64,000 nucleotides of DNA from Candidatus Woesearchaeota archaeon (GCA_018303185.1 JAGVYR010000066.1:29553-93552); one strand, 5' to 3'. Numbered from the stretch's first letter, positions 48,297 through 57,558 are shown. Numbers and translations are program-made. The notes: generated by a model not told the origin, from the sequence alone.

Positions 48297-48638
48297 CTAT
48301 ATCTTCATTCTCAGATAAAGCGCTATCAGCACCGCTATGAGCAGCCCAAGAATCAATGAAATTATTCCGAACTTCCTCATCCTTAGGTTTTTCCAGCACT
48401 CCGCATTTTGCTTCCATTTTTCCTTATGCAGAAGCCCTAAAACCATGAAGGCAAATCCCATCAACGTGAAGAAATGATTTCCGGAGAAAATGCCTATCGG
48501 AACCCAGAAGAGCCCTATTATGAAGAAAGTGAGGTAGTCTGTCTCGCGCTTCTTTCTGTTTCTCAGCTTGTATGCTGCCAATGCCGCTATGGCCAGGACA
48601 GCAATCAGCCCTAATATTATCCATGGGGCGGGAGACAT
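48297..48638 (-). CDS. Small membrane protein (3 predicted TM helices)
   Basis: Hydrophobic segments. Confidence 0.4.
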   Translation of the reverse strand: MSPAPWIILGLIAVLAIAALAAYKLRNRKKRETDYLTFFIIGLFWVPIGIFSGNHFFTLMGFAFMVLGLLHKEKWKQNAECWKNLRMRKFGIISLILGLLIAVLIALYLRMKI

Positions 48639-48714
48639 ATTGGGTTAATTGGATTAGGGAGTATTTAGGGGTTTCTGGGGGAAGGTGAGTATAACGGGTG
48701 TTATACTCTCCTTC

Positions 48715-48948
48715 TCACACCCCCAAAAACACCATCAGCTTGTAGACTAAAAACGCAGGCCACACGATGGCTTTCAGGACTACCAAGGCTCCGTTCCAGA
48801 ATCCTGTAGCATTGGAGATGTAATAGACTAAAGCTCCTATGAATCCCAGGCCGTATACAGCACCGCCGCCTCCGCAGCTCATGCTATGCTTCCCGCAGCA
48901 TATGCTCTGCTTGGCTGTTTTTTCCTCAGAAACTTTCTTTTTTGGCAT
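48715..48948 (-). CDS. Small membrane protein with Cys-rich N-terminus
   Basis: SICCGKHSMSCGGGG followed by two TM helices. Confidence 0.4.
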   Translation of the reverse strand: MPKKKVSEEKTAKQSICCGKHSMSCGGGGAVYGLGFIGALVYYISNATGFWNGALVVLKAIVWPAFLVYKLMVFLGV

Positions 48949-49654
48949 TTAATCTCACCTCATTTGATGCCTGACTTTGCAGTTTTAAGGGCTTAATTTA
49001 AGCAGGCACTACCTTAAATCCATTGCCTTCAACTTCAATCAAAACATTTTCCCCCTTCTCTAAGCTGAAAGCATGCTCCAGATCTTTTGGCAATCTCAAA
49101 ATTAAGTTGCTTCTGATTTTGCCAAGTTTTGCCTTTAGCACTTCTTTTTTAGTTTGTTCAACAGCAGCACTTTTTGTGCCTGCTCAGGGTCGTAATAAAT
49201 TTCACCGCAAGAGCATTTCCACCCGTCTATTGAATACTCATTAAATTTTATTCCCTTGATAAATTTCATTGTTTTGCCGTCTTTATTGCATTTCATTTTT
49301 TACCTATCCTAAAACCTTTGTATCTCTCATTGAACATACCTACCTAACATACGTTAGATGTGTATGCCTATAAAGCTTTTCGTCTTTTTAGTTGCTGACA
49401 AAAGTAATTGCTTAAAGAAATCAGCTACTGTTTGAAAGACAAAACAAGTTAAGTTAAAATTTTTGTCTTTCATTATTTAACGGAAAAACGCCCTTTGATT
49501 ATACAACCTTTCCATCCACCACCGCAAACAATTTAAAACCATGCAGGTGTTCCCGCTCCTGTGGCAGACAGCCCCTACAAAACCGGAGTAAAGCAGGGAA
49601 TAATCTCAATAGTAATAAACACAGCCCTCTTCATATTCAAGTTCTGGGCAGGAA

Positions 49655-50386
49655 TTGTTTCAGGCTCATTGGTCATTAAGCTCTGTAGTTATGCTCTACG
49701 GACTGAAAGTCTCAAATAAGCCTGCAGACGAGAAGCACCAGTTCGGGCATGGAAGGGCGGAATTGATAGCAGCCATGGTAATAGGCATAATGCTCGCCAC
49801 CATAGGCGTTGAAATCCTGGCAGAATCCTCCTCAAACATATGGGACAAAAAGCTGGCAAATTACAATGCAATAGCAATAACAGCAGTCATAACATCAATA
49901 ATAGTAAAAGAGCTGATGGCCCAGTACACCTTCGCAGCGGCAAGAAAGACAAAGCTCCAATCATTAAACGCAGACGCATGGCACCACAGGACTGATTCCA
50001 TTTCATCAGTGATTGTTTTAGTGGGAATCTTCATAGGCTCAAAATTATGGTTCATGGACAGCATCCTTGCGATAATAATAGCCGCTTTCATCTTCTACGC
50101 TGCCTACAAAATTGTGAGGAAGAGCGCAAGCGACCTTCTTGGAGAATCGCCAAGCAGGGAACTTATTAAGGACGTAGAGAGGATTTCCAAGAAGATATTT
50201 GACAAGGAGACAAATCCGCACCATTTCCACATACATAATTACATTAACCAGAAGGAGCTTACCTTCCATATAAGGGTCCCGGCCAGAATGACTGCAAAAC
50301 GCTCACATGCAATAGCAAAAGCCATAGAGAATAGAATCAGGAAAAAGCACAATATTGAAGCTACGATACATGTGGATCCGAGATGA
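49655..50386 (+). CDS. Cation diffusion facilitator (CDF) family metal transporter, apparently N-terminally disrupted
   Basis: GLKVSNKPADEKHQFGHGRAE plus TM3-6 and a C-terminal cytoplasmic domain. TM1 (ISIVINTALFIFKFWAGIVSGSLVI) lies in another frame upstream. Confidence 0.6.
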   Translation: MFQAHWSLSSVVMLYGLKVSNKPADEKHQFGHGRAELIAAMVIGIMLATIGVEILAESSSNIWDKKLANYNAIAITAVITSIIVKELMAQYTFAAARKTKLQSLNADAWHHRTDSISSVIVLVGIFIGSKLWFMDSILAIIIAAFIFYAAYKIVRKSASDLLGESPSRELIKDVERISKKIFDKETNPHHFHIHNYINQKELTFHIRVPARMTAKRSHAIAKAIENRIRKKHNIEATIHVDPR

Positions 50387-50445
50387 TTCTAAAACAAAAG
50401 ATATTTATATAAGTTTATATATATCACTATATAAATTCATATAGG

Positions 50446-50712
50446 GTGATTAAAATGCCGGAAGTAATACATTATCCAAACTTAAAGACGGTATTAATGG
50501 TAGAGGATGCCCTGAAAAAGGCCAATAGCCCGATGACGAGAGAAGGCCTGAAGAGAAAGCTTTCAGCAAAAATAATGCACCAGACATTAAATGTCATTCT
50601 CAAATATCTTGAGGACAGCGGGAAAATACTGGATGGAAGAAAAGGCATTTTGTGGATATACAACCCGAGCCCAAAACTGGATAAAGCGATACGGGAAGGT
50701 GTTGAATTATAA
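50446..50712 (+). CDS. Putative antitoxin (winged-helix-like) paired with a RelE-like toxin
   Basis: 88-aa ORF; its stop overlaps the start of the next gene (TAATG). Confidence 0.4.
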   Translation: MIKMPEVIHYPNLKTVLMVEDALKKANSPMTREGLKRKLSAKIMHQTLNVILKYLEDSGKILDGRKGILWIYNPSPKLDKAIREGVEL

Positions 50713-51089
50713 TGTTTAAGGGAAAGCCTACAAGAGTGATAATAACTGGGGAAGCTAAAGAAGAGTTCCATGAACTGAATAGGATTGTCGGGCAGGAAAT
50801 TGCCGGAGGAATCACGAGAAGCGATCATCAGACCCTGCTGAATTCAATAAAGCAGAAAATTGAGCTGCTGAAAGCAAATCCTGAATACGGCATACATATT
50901 CCCAGGGACAGGATTCCAAAAGAATACATCATCGAGTATGGCGTGAATAATCTATGGAAAGCAGACCTTTCCGGCGCCTGGAGAATGATATATACAATAA
51001 GAGGAAGTAAAGTTGAGATTATTTCTCTGATACTGGACATCCTGAGCCACAGGGATTATGAGAAGAAATTCAGGTATAGGAATAGTTAA
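50712..51089 (+). CDS. RelE/ParE-superfamily toxin-like protein
   Basis: The C-terminal WRMIYTIRGSKVEIISLILDILSHRDY resembles the RelE/YoeB core (R..Y.I......I.I...GHR). Confidence 0.45.
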   Translation: MFKGKPTRVIITGEAKEEFHELNRIVGQEIAGGITRSDHQTLLNSIKQKIELLKANPEYGIHIPRDRIPKEYIIEYGVNNLWKADLSGAWRMIYTIRGSKVEIISLILDILSHRDYEKKFRYRNS

Positions 51090-51094
51090 ACCCC

Positions 51095-51769
51095 ATGAAA
51101 ACCGCCCTGATAACCGGAGCAAACAAAGGCATCGGCTTTGCCGTAGCCAAAGGCCTTTCGGATAAAGGAATCAAGGTCATAATGGCTGCAAGGGACGAAA
51201 GCAAAGGAAAAGAAGCTGCAAAGAAAGTGAAAAACGCTGCTTTCATAAGGATTGATGTTACCGATGAAAAAACAATAAAGGAAGCTGCAAAACAGATTGA
51301 AAAAGAATTCAGGAAACTTGATATTCTAATCAACAATGCGGGAATTTTGTTAGACAGGGAAAAAAATATTGAAGATGTTGGCATTGAAACAATCAAAAAA
51401 ACTTTGGAAACGAACTTCTACGGCCCTTTAAGAGTCTCCCAAGCTTTCCTTCCATTATTGAAAAAATCAGAAGGCCCAAGAATCATAAACATGTCCAGCA
51501 TGATGGGCTCATTAAGCGCAGGAGCAGGCGGTTATCCTGCATACCGCATCTCAAAGACAGCGTTGAATGCCCTTACTGTAAACTTGGCAGCCGACTTTCC
51601 GAATATCAAGGTAAACAGCACGCATCCGGGCTGGGTTCGCACAGACATGGGCGGAAAAAATGCATCAATATCAGCTGAAGAAGGAGCAGACACTGCGGTA
51701 TGGCTTGCAACAGAAAAAAACACGCCAACTGGAAAATTCTTCTACAATAGAAAAGAGATTGATTGGTAG
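51095..51769 (+). CDS. Short-chain dehydrogenase/reductase (SDR)
   Basis: MKTALITGANKGIGFAVAKGL... with a downstream YxxxK region. Confidence 0.8.
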   Translation: MKTALITGANKGIGFAVAKGLSDKGIKVIMAARDESKGKEAAKKVKNAAFIRIDVTDEKTIKEAAKQIEKEFRKLDILINNAGILLDREKNIEDVGIETIKKTLETNFYGPLRVSQAFLPLLKKSEGPRIINMSSMMGSLSAGAGGYPAYRISKTALNALTVNLAADFPNIKVNSTHPGWVRTDMGGKNASISAEEGADTAVWLATEKNTPTGKFFYNRKEIDW

Positions 51770-52399
51770 TCAGTCCATCGGGAATAGATTTCCTGAGTAA
51801 GGCGCCCTTGGCGATTTTAAAGATAAATCCCCGTTGGAAATGCCTGGGTGATTGAAAATAAGAATGCCCTGAAGGTGGTCAAACTCATGCTGCATAATCG
51901 CAACAGGATGCACCTTATCCGGAGATTGCCTCTGCTTCTCTGTAAGCCTGTAAGAATACTGAACCTTTTTTGGCGGCTCTCCTCTGATGAGCTCAAATGC
52001 ATCCACTTTAAAGAAAGTATGTCTCATCACCTGCACACTTTCATCATTTTTCGCGCCGCATGTCTCGAAAGACGGGTAAGTGCGCCAAGGCCACGACCTT
52101 TTGACGATTTGCGGATTCAATAAGGTCGTATGCCCTTCCCTGTCAGGATACGGAACCCTTACAACTGATATGGGAGCTTCAGTAGCAGTCCAGTATATGT
52201 TGTTTGAGCTTACACCAATCCAGTGGAATTCTCCCATATAGTGCTTCATCATCAGGTCAAGCTCGTGCACCGACTGCATGTCGGCTTCATTTGCAATATC
52301 AATCTCCCTTGCTTTCGCATAAAGCCAAGAATCGTGCCTGCCTACAAGCGCCCTTTCTGCCCCAAGCCTCCTTTCAAGCTCTCCAATGTCCATAGCCAT
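51770..52399 (-). CDS. Peptide deformylase-like metallohydrolase
   Basis: IMQHEFDHLQG matches PDF motif 3 (QHExDHLxG). ETCGA loosely matches the EGCLS motif. Confidence 0.4.
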   Translation of the reverse strand: MAMDIGELERRLGAERALVGRHDSWLYAKAREIDIANEADMQSVHELDLMMKHYMGEFHWIGVSSNNIYWTATEAPISVVRVPYPDREGHTTLLNPQIVKRSWPWRTYPSFETCGAKNDESVQVMRHTFFKVDAFELIRGEPPKKVQYSYRLTEKQRQSPDKVHPVAIMQHEFDHLQGILIFNHPGISNGDLSLKSPRAPYSGNLFPMD

Positions 52400-52640
52400 C
52401 AGTTTAAGATGCTCCCATTTATATTTTTATGTCATAAAATTTATATACAAGTCTCGCTTTCTAAATTAACATGGATTCAGAGAGTGGTTGTCTTTGGGGT
52501 TTGTAGGCGCATTTTCTTAGACTTAAATATTTTCAGGAATTCAAAGGGAATCTGGTTCCGGTTATTTCTATAAAAAATCTGCATTTGAGCTTAGCATAGC
52601 TGAAGCTCCATTCTAAAAAACAAAACGGAGGGAAAATAAG

Positions 52641-53417
52641 ATGAAACTAGATACACTTGTAGATATTTTGGACAAGGAAATACCGAGCTTTGAAGGCCTT
52701 CAATTCGAGGAGAGGGGCGTTATAAACCCGGCTTCAAAGGAAATAAGGAGGATTGGAGTCTGCCTTAACCTTACAGAGAATGTAATTAGGGAATCCAGAA
52801 AAAGGGAGATAGACTTCTTGGTGATGCATCATGGGTTCGGAGATGAAGTGAAGGCTGCCCTAAAAAGGATTGGCATTGGAGCATATCAGGCGCACCTGCC
52901 CCTTGACATAATGGAAGGCGGCCTGATTGACTCGTTTGCCGAAATTCTGGGGCTTTCCAGTGCCTCGCCGGTCGACATAGAATACAAAAATATCATTGTG
53001 CCGAAGGGTGCCCTGATAGCGGATGCTCCTGAGGGCAGCCTGAAATATTTTGCAGCAGCGCTGAAATCATATTTCGGCTGCCTGTTGCCGGGCTACATCC
53101 CTCACTTTAACGGTGGCAGCCAGGGGAATATATCCAAAGTGGCTATCTCTACAGGAAAGTTCCTGCGTCCTGAATTTGTCGAGCAGGTCGCTCCATTAGG
53201 GGCAGGGCTGATAGTAGCGGGTGAAGCAAGCACGAATGGCGAGAAATATGCGAGAGAACGCGGCATATCTACAATCTGTGTGGGTGATTTTGCATCGCAT
53301 CTGCCGGGGCTGAAAAATCTTGTTTCGGGCCTTAACCTGAGGATTACAGTATCCAAGGGCTTGGCCTATGACGGCTGCTGCAGGCTCTTGCCGGACAGGA
53401 TGCTGTACTCTGGATAA
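52641..53417 (+). CDS. Nif3-family (YqfO/GTP cyclohydrolase 1 type 2-like) dinuclear metal protein
   Basis: MKLDTLVDILDKEIPSFEGLQFEERGV...IGVCLNLTENVIRESRKREIDFLVMHHG. Confidence 0.6.
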   Translation: MKLDTLVDILDKEIPSFEGLQFEERGVINPASKEIRRIGVCLNLTENVIRESRKREIDFLVMHHGFGDEVKAALKRIGIGAYQAHLPLDIMEGGLIDSFAEILGLSSASPVDIEYKNIIVPKGALIADAPEGSLKYFAAALKSYFGCLLPGYIPHFNGGSQGNISKVAISTGKFLRPEFVEQVAPLGAGLIVAGEASTNGEKYARERGISTICVGDFASHLPGLKNLVSGLNLRITVSKGLAYDGCCRLLPDRMLYSG

Positions 53418-53502
53418 AACATGCTTTCATTTATTTTTTATTTTATTATTTAACCGCAACTTTTATATACAACTATCGTATATCCGATATTTAGGTGATA
53501 AA

Positions 53503-54105
53503 ATGGAATTTAAGGTTTCTGATGAGGTAAAAAAGGCGAGAAAGCCGGAATACAATATCCATCCGTTGATCCTGAGCAGGTGGAGCCCAAGGGCATTTTC
53601 AGGAGAGGAAATAACAGACAGCCAGCTAATGCAGTTATTTGAAGCTGCAAAATGGGCGCCTTCCTCATACAATGCGCAGCCGTGGCGCTTCATCTATGCA
53701 AAAAGAAATACAGAGCACTGGAACACTTTATTCAGCCTGATGGGCGAATTCAATCAGTCATGGACTAAAAACGCTGCAGTACTGGCAGTAATAGTCTCAA
53801 GAAAAAACTTTGAGCATAATGAAAAGCCGAACGGCACAGCAAACTTCGATTCCGGAGCTGCCTGGGAGAACCTTGCGCTGCAGGCAGAGTATATGGGTCT
53901 TGCAGCCCACGGCATGGCAGGATTTGACTATGAAAAGGCAAGAACTGCATTAAGCATACCGGACACATTCAAAGTTGAGGCTATGGCGGCAATAGGAAAA
54001 AAAGGAAAGAAAGAATCCCTGCCGAAGGAGATGCAGGAGAGGGAAGCCCCCAGCCAAAGAAAATCTGTGAAGGAAATTGCCATGGAGGGGAAATTCGGAG
54101 GGTAA
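53503..54105 (+). CDS. Nitroreductase-family protein
   Basis: HPLILSRWSPRAFSGEEITDSQLMQLFEAAKWAPSSYNAQPWRFIY. Confidence 0.8.
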   Translation: MEFKVSDEVKKARKPEYNIHPLILSRWSPRAFSGEEITDSQLMQLFEAAKWAPSSYNAQPWRFIYAKRNTEHWNTLFSLMGEFNQSWTKNAAVLAVIVSRKNFEHNEKPNGTANFDSGAAWENLALQAEYMGLAAHGMAGFDYEKARTALSIPDTFKVEAMAAIGKKGKKESLPKEMQEREAPSQRKSVKEIAMEGKFGG

Positions 54106-54108
54106 TTT

Positions 54109-56169
54109 TTAATTCCTCTTCCTGAAAACAAAAACAACAATAAGGATAAAGACAGCAGAGCCCATTACGGCAATTATGGCTGCAGTCTCCGGAGTTATAT
54201 TAGCTAAAGATTCGTTCAGCTGGAAGAACACTACTGCAATCTTCTGAAGCGCATTCAGGTTTACCAATGAAACTGAGAAAGCGCCGCTGCTTGTATATTT
54301 CCTGCCATTCTCGTCCTCATACTCCAGCAAAATCTCAAAATCATTCCTACCCTCCTTAAGCCTCCTGCCCTCAAGATTAACTGCAAATGCCTTGTCTTCA
54401 GGAAGCTCATTTATCGCCCATCCCTTTTCATGCCCGTTCCGGAGCAGCTTGACCTTCACATTCATCGGATTTGAAAAAGATGCCTTGTCCATGATAAACT
54501 CTGCATCAAACTTATCGCCATACTCGACAGATGAAGGAACTTTCACATCTTTTACATTTATTACGGGCACATCAAAAACAGTAAATTCGACATTCTCGGT
54601 CTTGGAGACATAATCATTCCTTGCCCGTATCAAAACATCCTGCTGCCCAGCCTTTTCATCAGCATCAAACACTACCTCTTTCTCCTGTGATATCCCCAAA
54701 TCAATCCTACTGCATTTCTTGTAGCATACATCCAGATTTTCAAGGAAAACATTTCCATTGTTTTTCACATTGCATTTGATTTTTGCGCTGTCGTATTGGT
54801 AGAATTCCTTCTTGTCTATGCTGCATTGTATCTCGACATTCCTTGAATAAATCATTTCTTCCTCTTCAGCCCTCTGCCCAACTATCTCCTCTATCTCGCT
54901 TAATGAATAGTAAGGGGAATTCTCAGAGCTTTTGAAGCTGCTCTCAGCACTGGTATTAAGCTCGTCTCTTGCAATGACGGGAAAAGTGTAGATGAAATTC
55001 TTCCTTAGGCTGTCAGAAACCTTTACAATGAAGAAAACGCTCTTTTCCTGGTAAGGCCTGAGCATCACGCTCTTTGTGTGCCCTTCCAGGGACTCAAGCT
55101 CGTCTGTCTTTGAAATTTGCGCTTCCGTGGAAACATAGAAATCGCCCGGATTCTTTACCTTAACTTCAATCGCATTATAGGAATCGAAAGAAACTTCCTG
55201 CTTGAGCGGCTTCACTTCAATTGAAACCCTGCCATCGGATTTCTTCCCCGAGCGGATTATATCTGCGCCCATTTCAAGGCTCTTCGTCTCAAGATTCGCA
55301 TTCCTTCCTGTCCACTTGAACTGCGTCCCGATCTTATTGCTGTCCGGGCTTTCTCCAAGAGTTATATGGGTAGGATCAATATATCCAAATTCGCCGTATG
55401 TGACATCAAAAGGCACCCACCCGACATCAGGAAAATACACTTCCGCCCAGCCGTGGGCGCCCCATCTTTCGGCAAAAAGCGGGCTTTCTGTATATGACAC
55501 TCCCGAAACGAACCTTGCCGGAATGCCCAGGGAACGAAGCATCGCAATAAACAATGAAGTTATCTCATCGCACACTCCCTGCCTGTTCTCAAGCACCCAT
55601 GACGCTTTCTGGGATGCTTCTGCAGTTAGAGTTGAAAGGTTATATTCGACATTGCTCTTTGTCCATGCAGCCACTTTATGCACGATAGAGTAAAGGTCGT
55701 CATCGCCCTCAGCCACCTTGGAGGCTGCTTCAATTATTGCCGGATCATTGGAATCTATTATCTCTGCAGGCTCAATATAGCTTTCAAGGCCTTCCGGCAG
55801 GCCCTCCAGCGGAAATTTTATCTTATTCCTCACTCCCAGGACTCGGTTAAAAGTCCTTATGTCTGCAGTATATGCATATTCTAAAACATCCGAGGAAGGA
55901 TTGTCAAATGTAAAAACTACCGAATCGCTCTCCAATTTGCCAAAGTTTCCCGCATCAAAGGAAAGCACTTTCTGGTTTATCGTGTCAGAGGGCGCAAAAG
56001 TGACATTGACAAGAACCTGCTGCACGTTGTAATTTGATGATTGCGGCTTTATCACAGCCTCAGAGCCCACTTTCAGCTTCAAATCAAGGGTTTCTGCAGT
56101 ATAATAGCTTGAGGCAAAGGCTATTGGCAGGAGCATAATCATCAAAAGAAAAGGCAGCATTTTTTTCAT
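54109..56169 (-). CDS. Secreted/surface protein with transglutaminase-like cysteine-protease core and C-terminal TM anchor
   Basis: Signal peptide, Cys...His...Asp core (GVCDEITSLFIAMLRSLGIPARFV...HGWAEVYFPDVGWVPFDVT), and a C-terminal hydrophobic anchor. Confidence 0.65.
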   Translation of the reverse strand: MKKMLPFLLMIMLLPIAFASSYYTAETLDLKLKVGSEAVIKPQSSNYNVQQVLVNVTFAPSDTINQKVLSFDAGNFGKLESDSVVFTFDNPSSDVLEYAYTADIRTFNRVLGVRNKIKFPLEGLPEGLESYIEPAEIIDSNDPAIIEAASKVAEGDDDLYSIVHKVAAWTKSNVEYNLSTLTAEASQKASWVLENRQGVCDEITSLFIAMLRSLGIPARFVSGVSYTESPLFAERWGAHGWAEVYFPDVGWVPFDVTYGEFGYIDPTHITLGESPDSNKIGTQFKWTGRNANLETKSLEMGADIIRSGKKSDGRVSIEVKPLKQEVSFDSYNAIEVKVKNPGDFYVSTEAQISKTDELESLEGHTKSVMLRPYQEKSVFFIVKVSDSLRKNFIYTFPVIARDELNTSAESSFKSSENSPYYSLSEIEEIVGQRAEEEEMIYSRNVEIQCSIDKKEFYQYDSAKIKCNVKNNGNVFLENLDVCYKKCSRIDLGISQEKEVVFDADEKAGQQDVLIRARNDYVSKTENVEFTVFDVPVINVKDVKVPSSVEYGDKFDAEFIMDKASFSNPMNVKVKLLRNGHEKGWAINELPEDKAFAVNLEGRRLKEGRNDFEILLEYEDENGRKYTSSGAFSVSLVNLNALQKIAVVFFQLNESLANITPETAAIIAVMGSAVFILIVVFVFRKRN

Positions 56170-56249
56170 ATTACTGGCTGTTTTGTTTTTGGTTTATATA
56201 TATTTTCAATGATAATCTTTATAAAACAGGTTAAATAACTCAGTGCTGT

Positions 56250-56372
56250 GCCGCGGTCGCATAGCCCGGCCATTGCGGAGGATTGCTAAGGGCCAGGGTC
56301 CTTATGATACCTTGCCATGGTTGGATATTCTCTGTCCGCAAGGACACGTGAGTTCAAATCTCACCCGCGGCG
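56250..56372 (+). tRNA. tRNA-Ser (GCU), class II, with a 38-nt intron at the canonical 37/38 position
   Basis: Acceptor stem GCCGCGG/CCGCGGC. Anticodon stem GAGGA/UUCUC with loop UUGCUA|intron|A. Variable arm UGUCCGCAAGGACA. T-arm GUGAG-UUCAAAU-CUCAC. Confidence 0.7.
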
Positions 56373-56395
56373 TCTTTTCATTTAAGGTAACAAAA

Positions 56396-57106
56396 ATGGC
56401 ACGGATAAAATATATCATCCCCAGCCTCATAACAGCCGCAAGCCTTGCTTTCGGGCTGCTGTCAATAAGGTCTTCAGTGCAGGGCAATTACATTGATGCG
56501 TCCTGGCTCATTGTCTGGACTGTCCTGCTGGACAAGCTGGATGGAAGCATAGCATCATACCTTGATGCAAAAACAAGATTCGGGAATTATTTTGATTCTA
56601 TCTCTGACTTCGTGTCATTCGGTGCTGCCCCTTCATTCCTGGCGTACAGGATTGCCATGCCGATGGCTCCTGGCTATAAGGCTGCCCTGATGGCAGCTTC
56701 AGTAATTTTCATGCTTTCATCCGGATTAAGGCTCCTGAATTTCTCGGCAAAGATGTATAAATTCGAAGATTTCTGGGGCATACCAACTACCCTGTCAGCG
56801 TCATTATTGGCGCCTTACATGATACTTATCCTGAAATATGGCCTTGGCAGCGCCTTTATCCGGGCATTGCCGTTTATCCTTGTTGCTCTAGGCATATTGA
56901 TGAACTCAAAGTTTGTGTTTGCAAGGCTGAAGAAAAAGAAGAGCAGGGGCATGGCGATTTTCCAGTTTGTCTTGATTGTCCTTGTCTATTCTTTCGGAAT
57001 CCTGCGCATCTTCCCAGAATTCCTGATGGGCTGCGCCGTCTTCTACCTTTTTTACGGAATCGTTATTTTCAGGCTGCCAAAGAGGCTGCATGACGCTCTT
57101 TCTTAA
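56396..57106 (+). CDS. CDP-alcohol phosphatidyltransferase family membrane protein
   Basis: DKLDGSIASYLDAKTRFGNYFDSISD matches D-G-x2-A-R-x8-G-x3-D-x3-D. The true start is the ATG at 56396, because the 5' part of the ORF-track call overlaps the tRNA. Confidence 0.75.
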   Translation: MARIKYIIPSLITAASLAFGLLSIRSSVQGNYIDASWLIVWTVLLDKLDGSIASYLDAKTRFGNYFDSISDFVSFGAAPSFLAYRIAMPMAPGYKAALMAASVIFMLSSGLRLLNFSAKMYKFEDFWGIPTTLSASLLAPYMILILKYGLGSAFIRALPFILVALGILMNSKFVFARLKKKKSRGMAIFQFVLIVLVYSFGILRIFPEFLMGCAVFYLFYGIVIFRLPKRLHDALS

Positions 57107-57155
57107 GCAGGCATTCGTAGCAACCTTTTTAAAGTAACTTCCATTCGCATAACTT

Positions 57156-57261
57156 AGCGGGGTAGGGCTTTTGCAGCCTTAGCTGACTGCAGACCTAAGA
57201 GTCAGGAGTGCCCGGGGGGCTCATAACCCCCAGGTCGGAAGTTCAAATCTTCTCCCCGCTA
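57156..57261 (+). tRNA. Initiator-type tRNA-Met (CAU) with an intron of about 33 nt at a non-canonical position in the D-arm region
   Basis: A1:U72 acceptor stem AGCGGGG/CCCCGCU. Anticodon stem-loop GGGGG-CUCAUAA-CCCCC, with three or more G-C pairs as in the initiator. T-arm GGAAG-UUCAAAU-CUUCU. About 41 nt lie between D-stem GGGC and its partner GCCC. Confidence 0.65.
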
Positions 57262-57558
57262 TTAAAGCTTAAGGGGCTCACTCCCCCCTTTAGCTATTAT
57301 TATATCTACTGCACGCCCTCTTGCCGCTATCGCTTTGATGTTTTTAGGGACTGCTGCGACTTTAGGGATTGCTGATAAAACGCCTAAAGCTGCTCCGGTT
57401 TCCAATGCAGTTATTACTTTTGTTCCGGGAGGGGCCGTGTAGGCAGCCTGTCCTTTCCTTTGAAAAAGTATAATCCGGCTCTCCTGTTTTTTTGGGGCTT
57501 AGCCTGTTCTCAAAACCCGTATTTTTCAAAAATAATATTAACCAGTTCTCTGAATGTA

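Noticed and set aside
56243-56395. N-terminal 51 codons of the ORF-track call 56243..57106
   Set aside because: This part overlaps tRNA-Ser. The real CDP-alcohol phosphatidyltransferase starts at the ATG at 56396.
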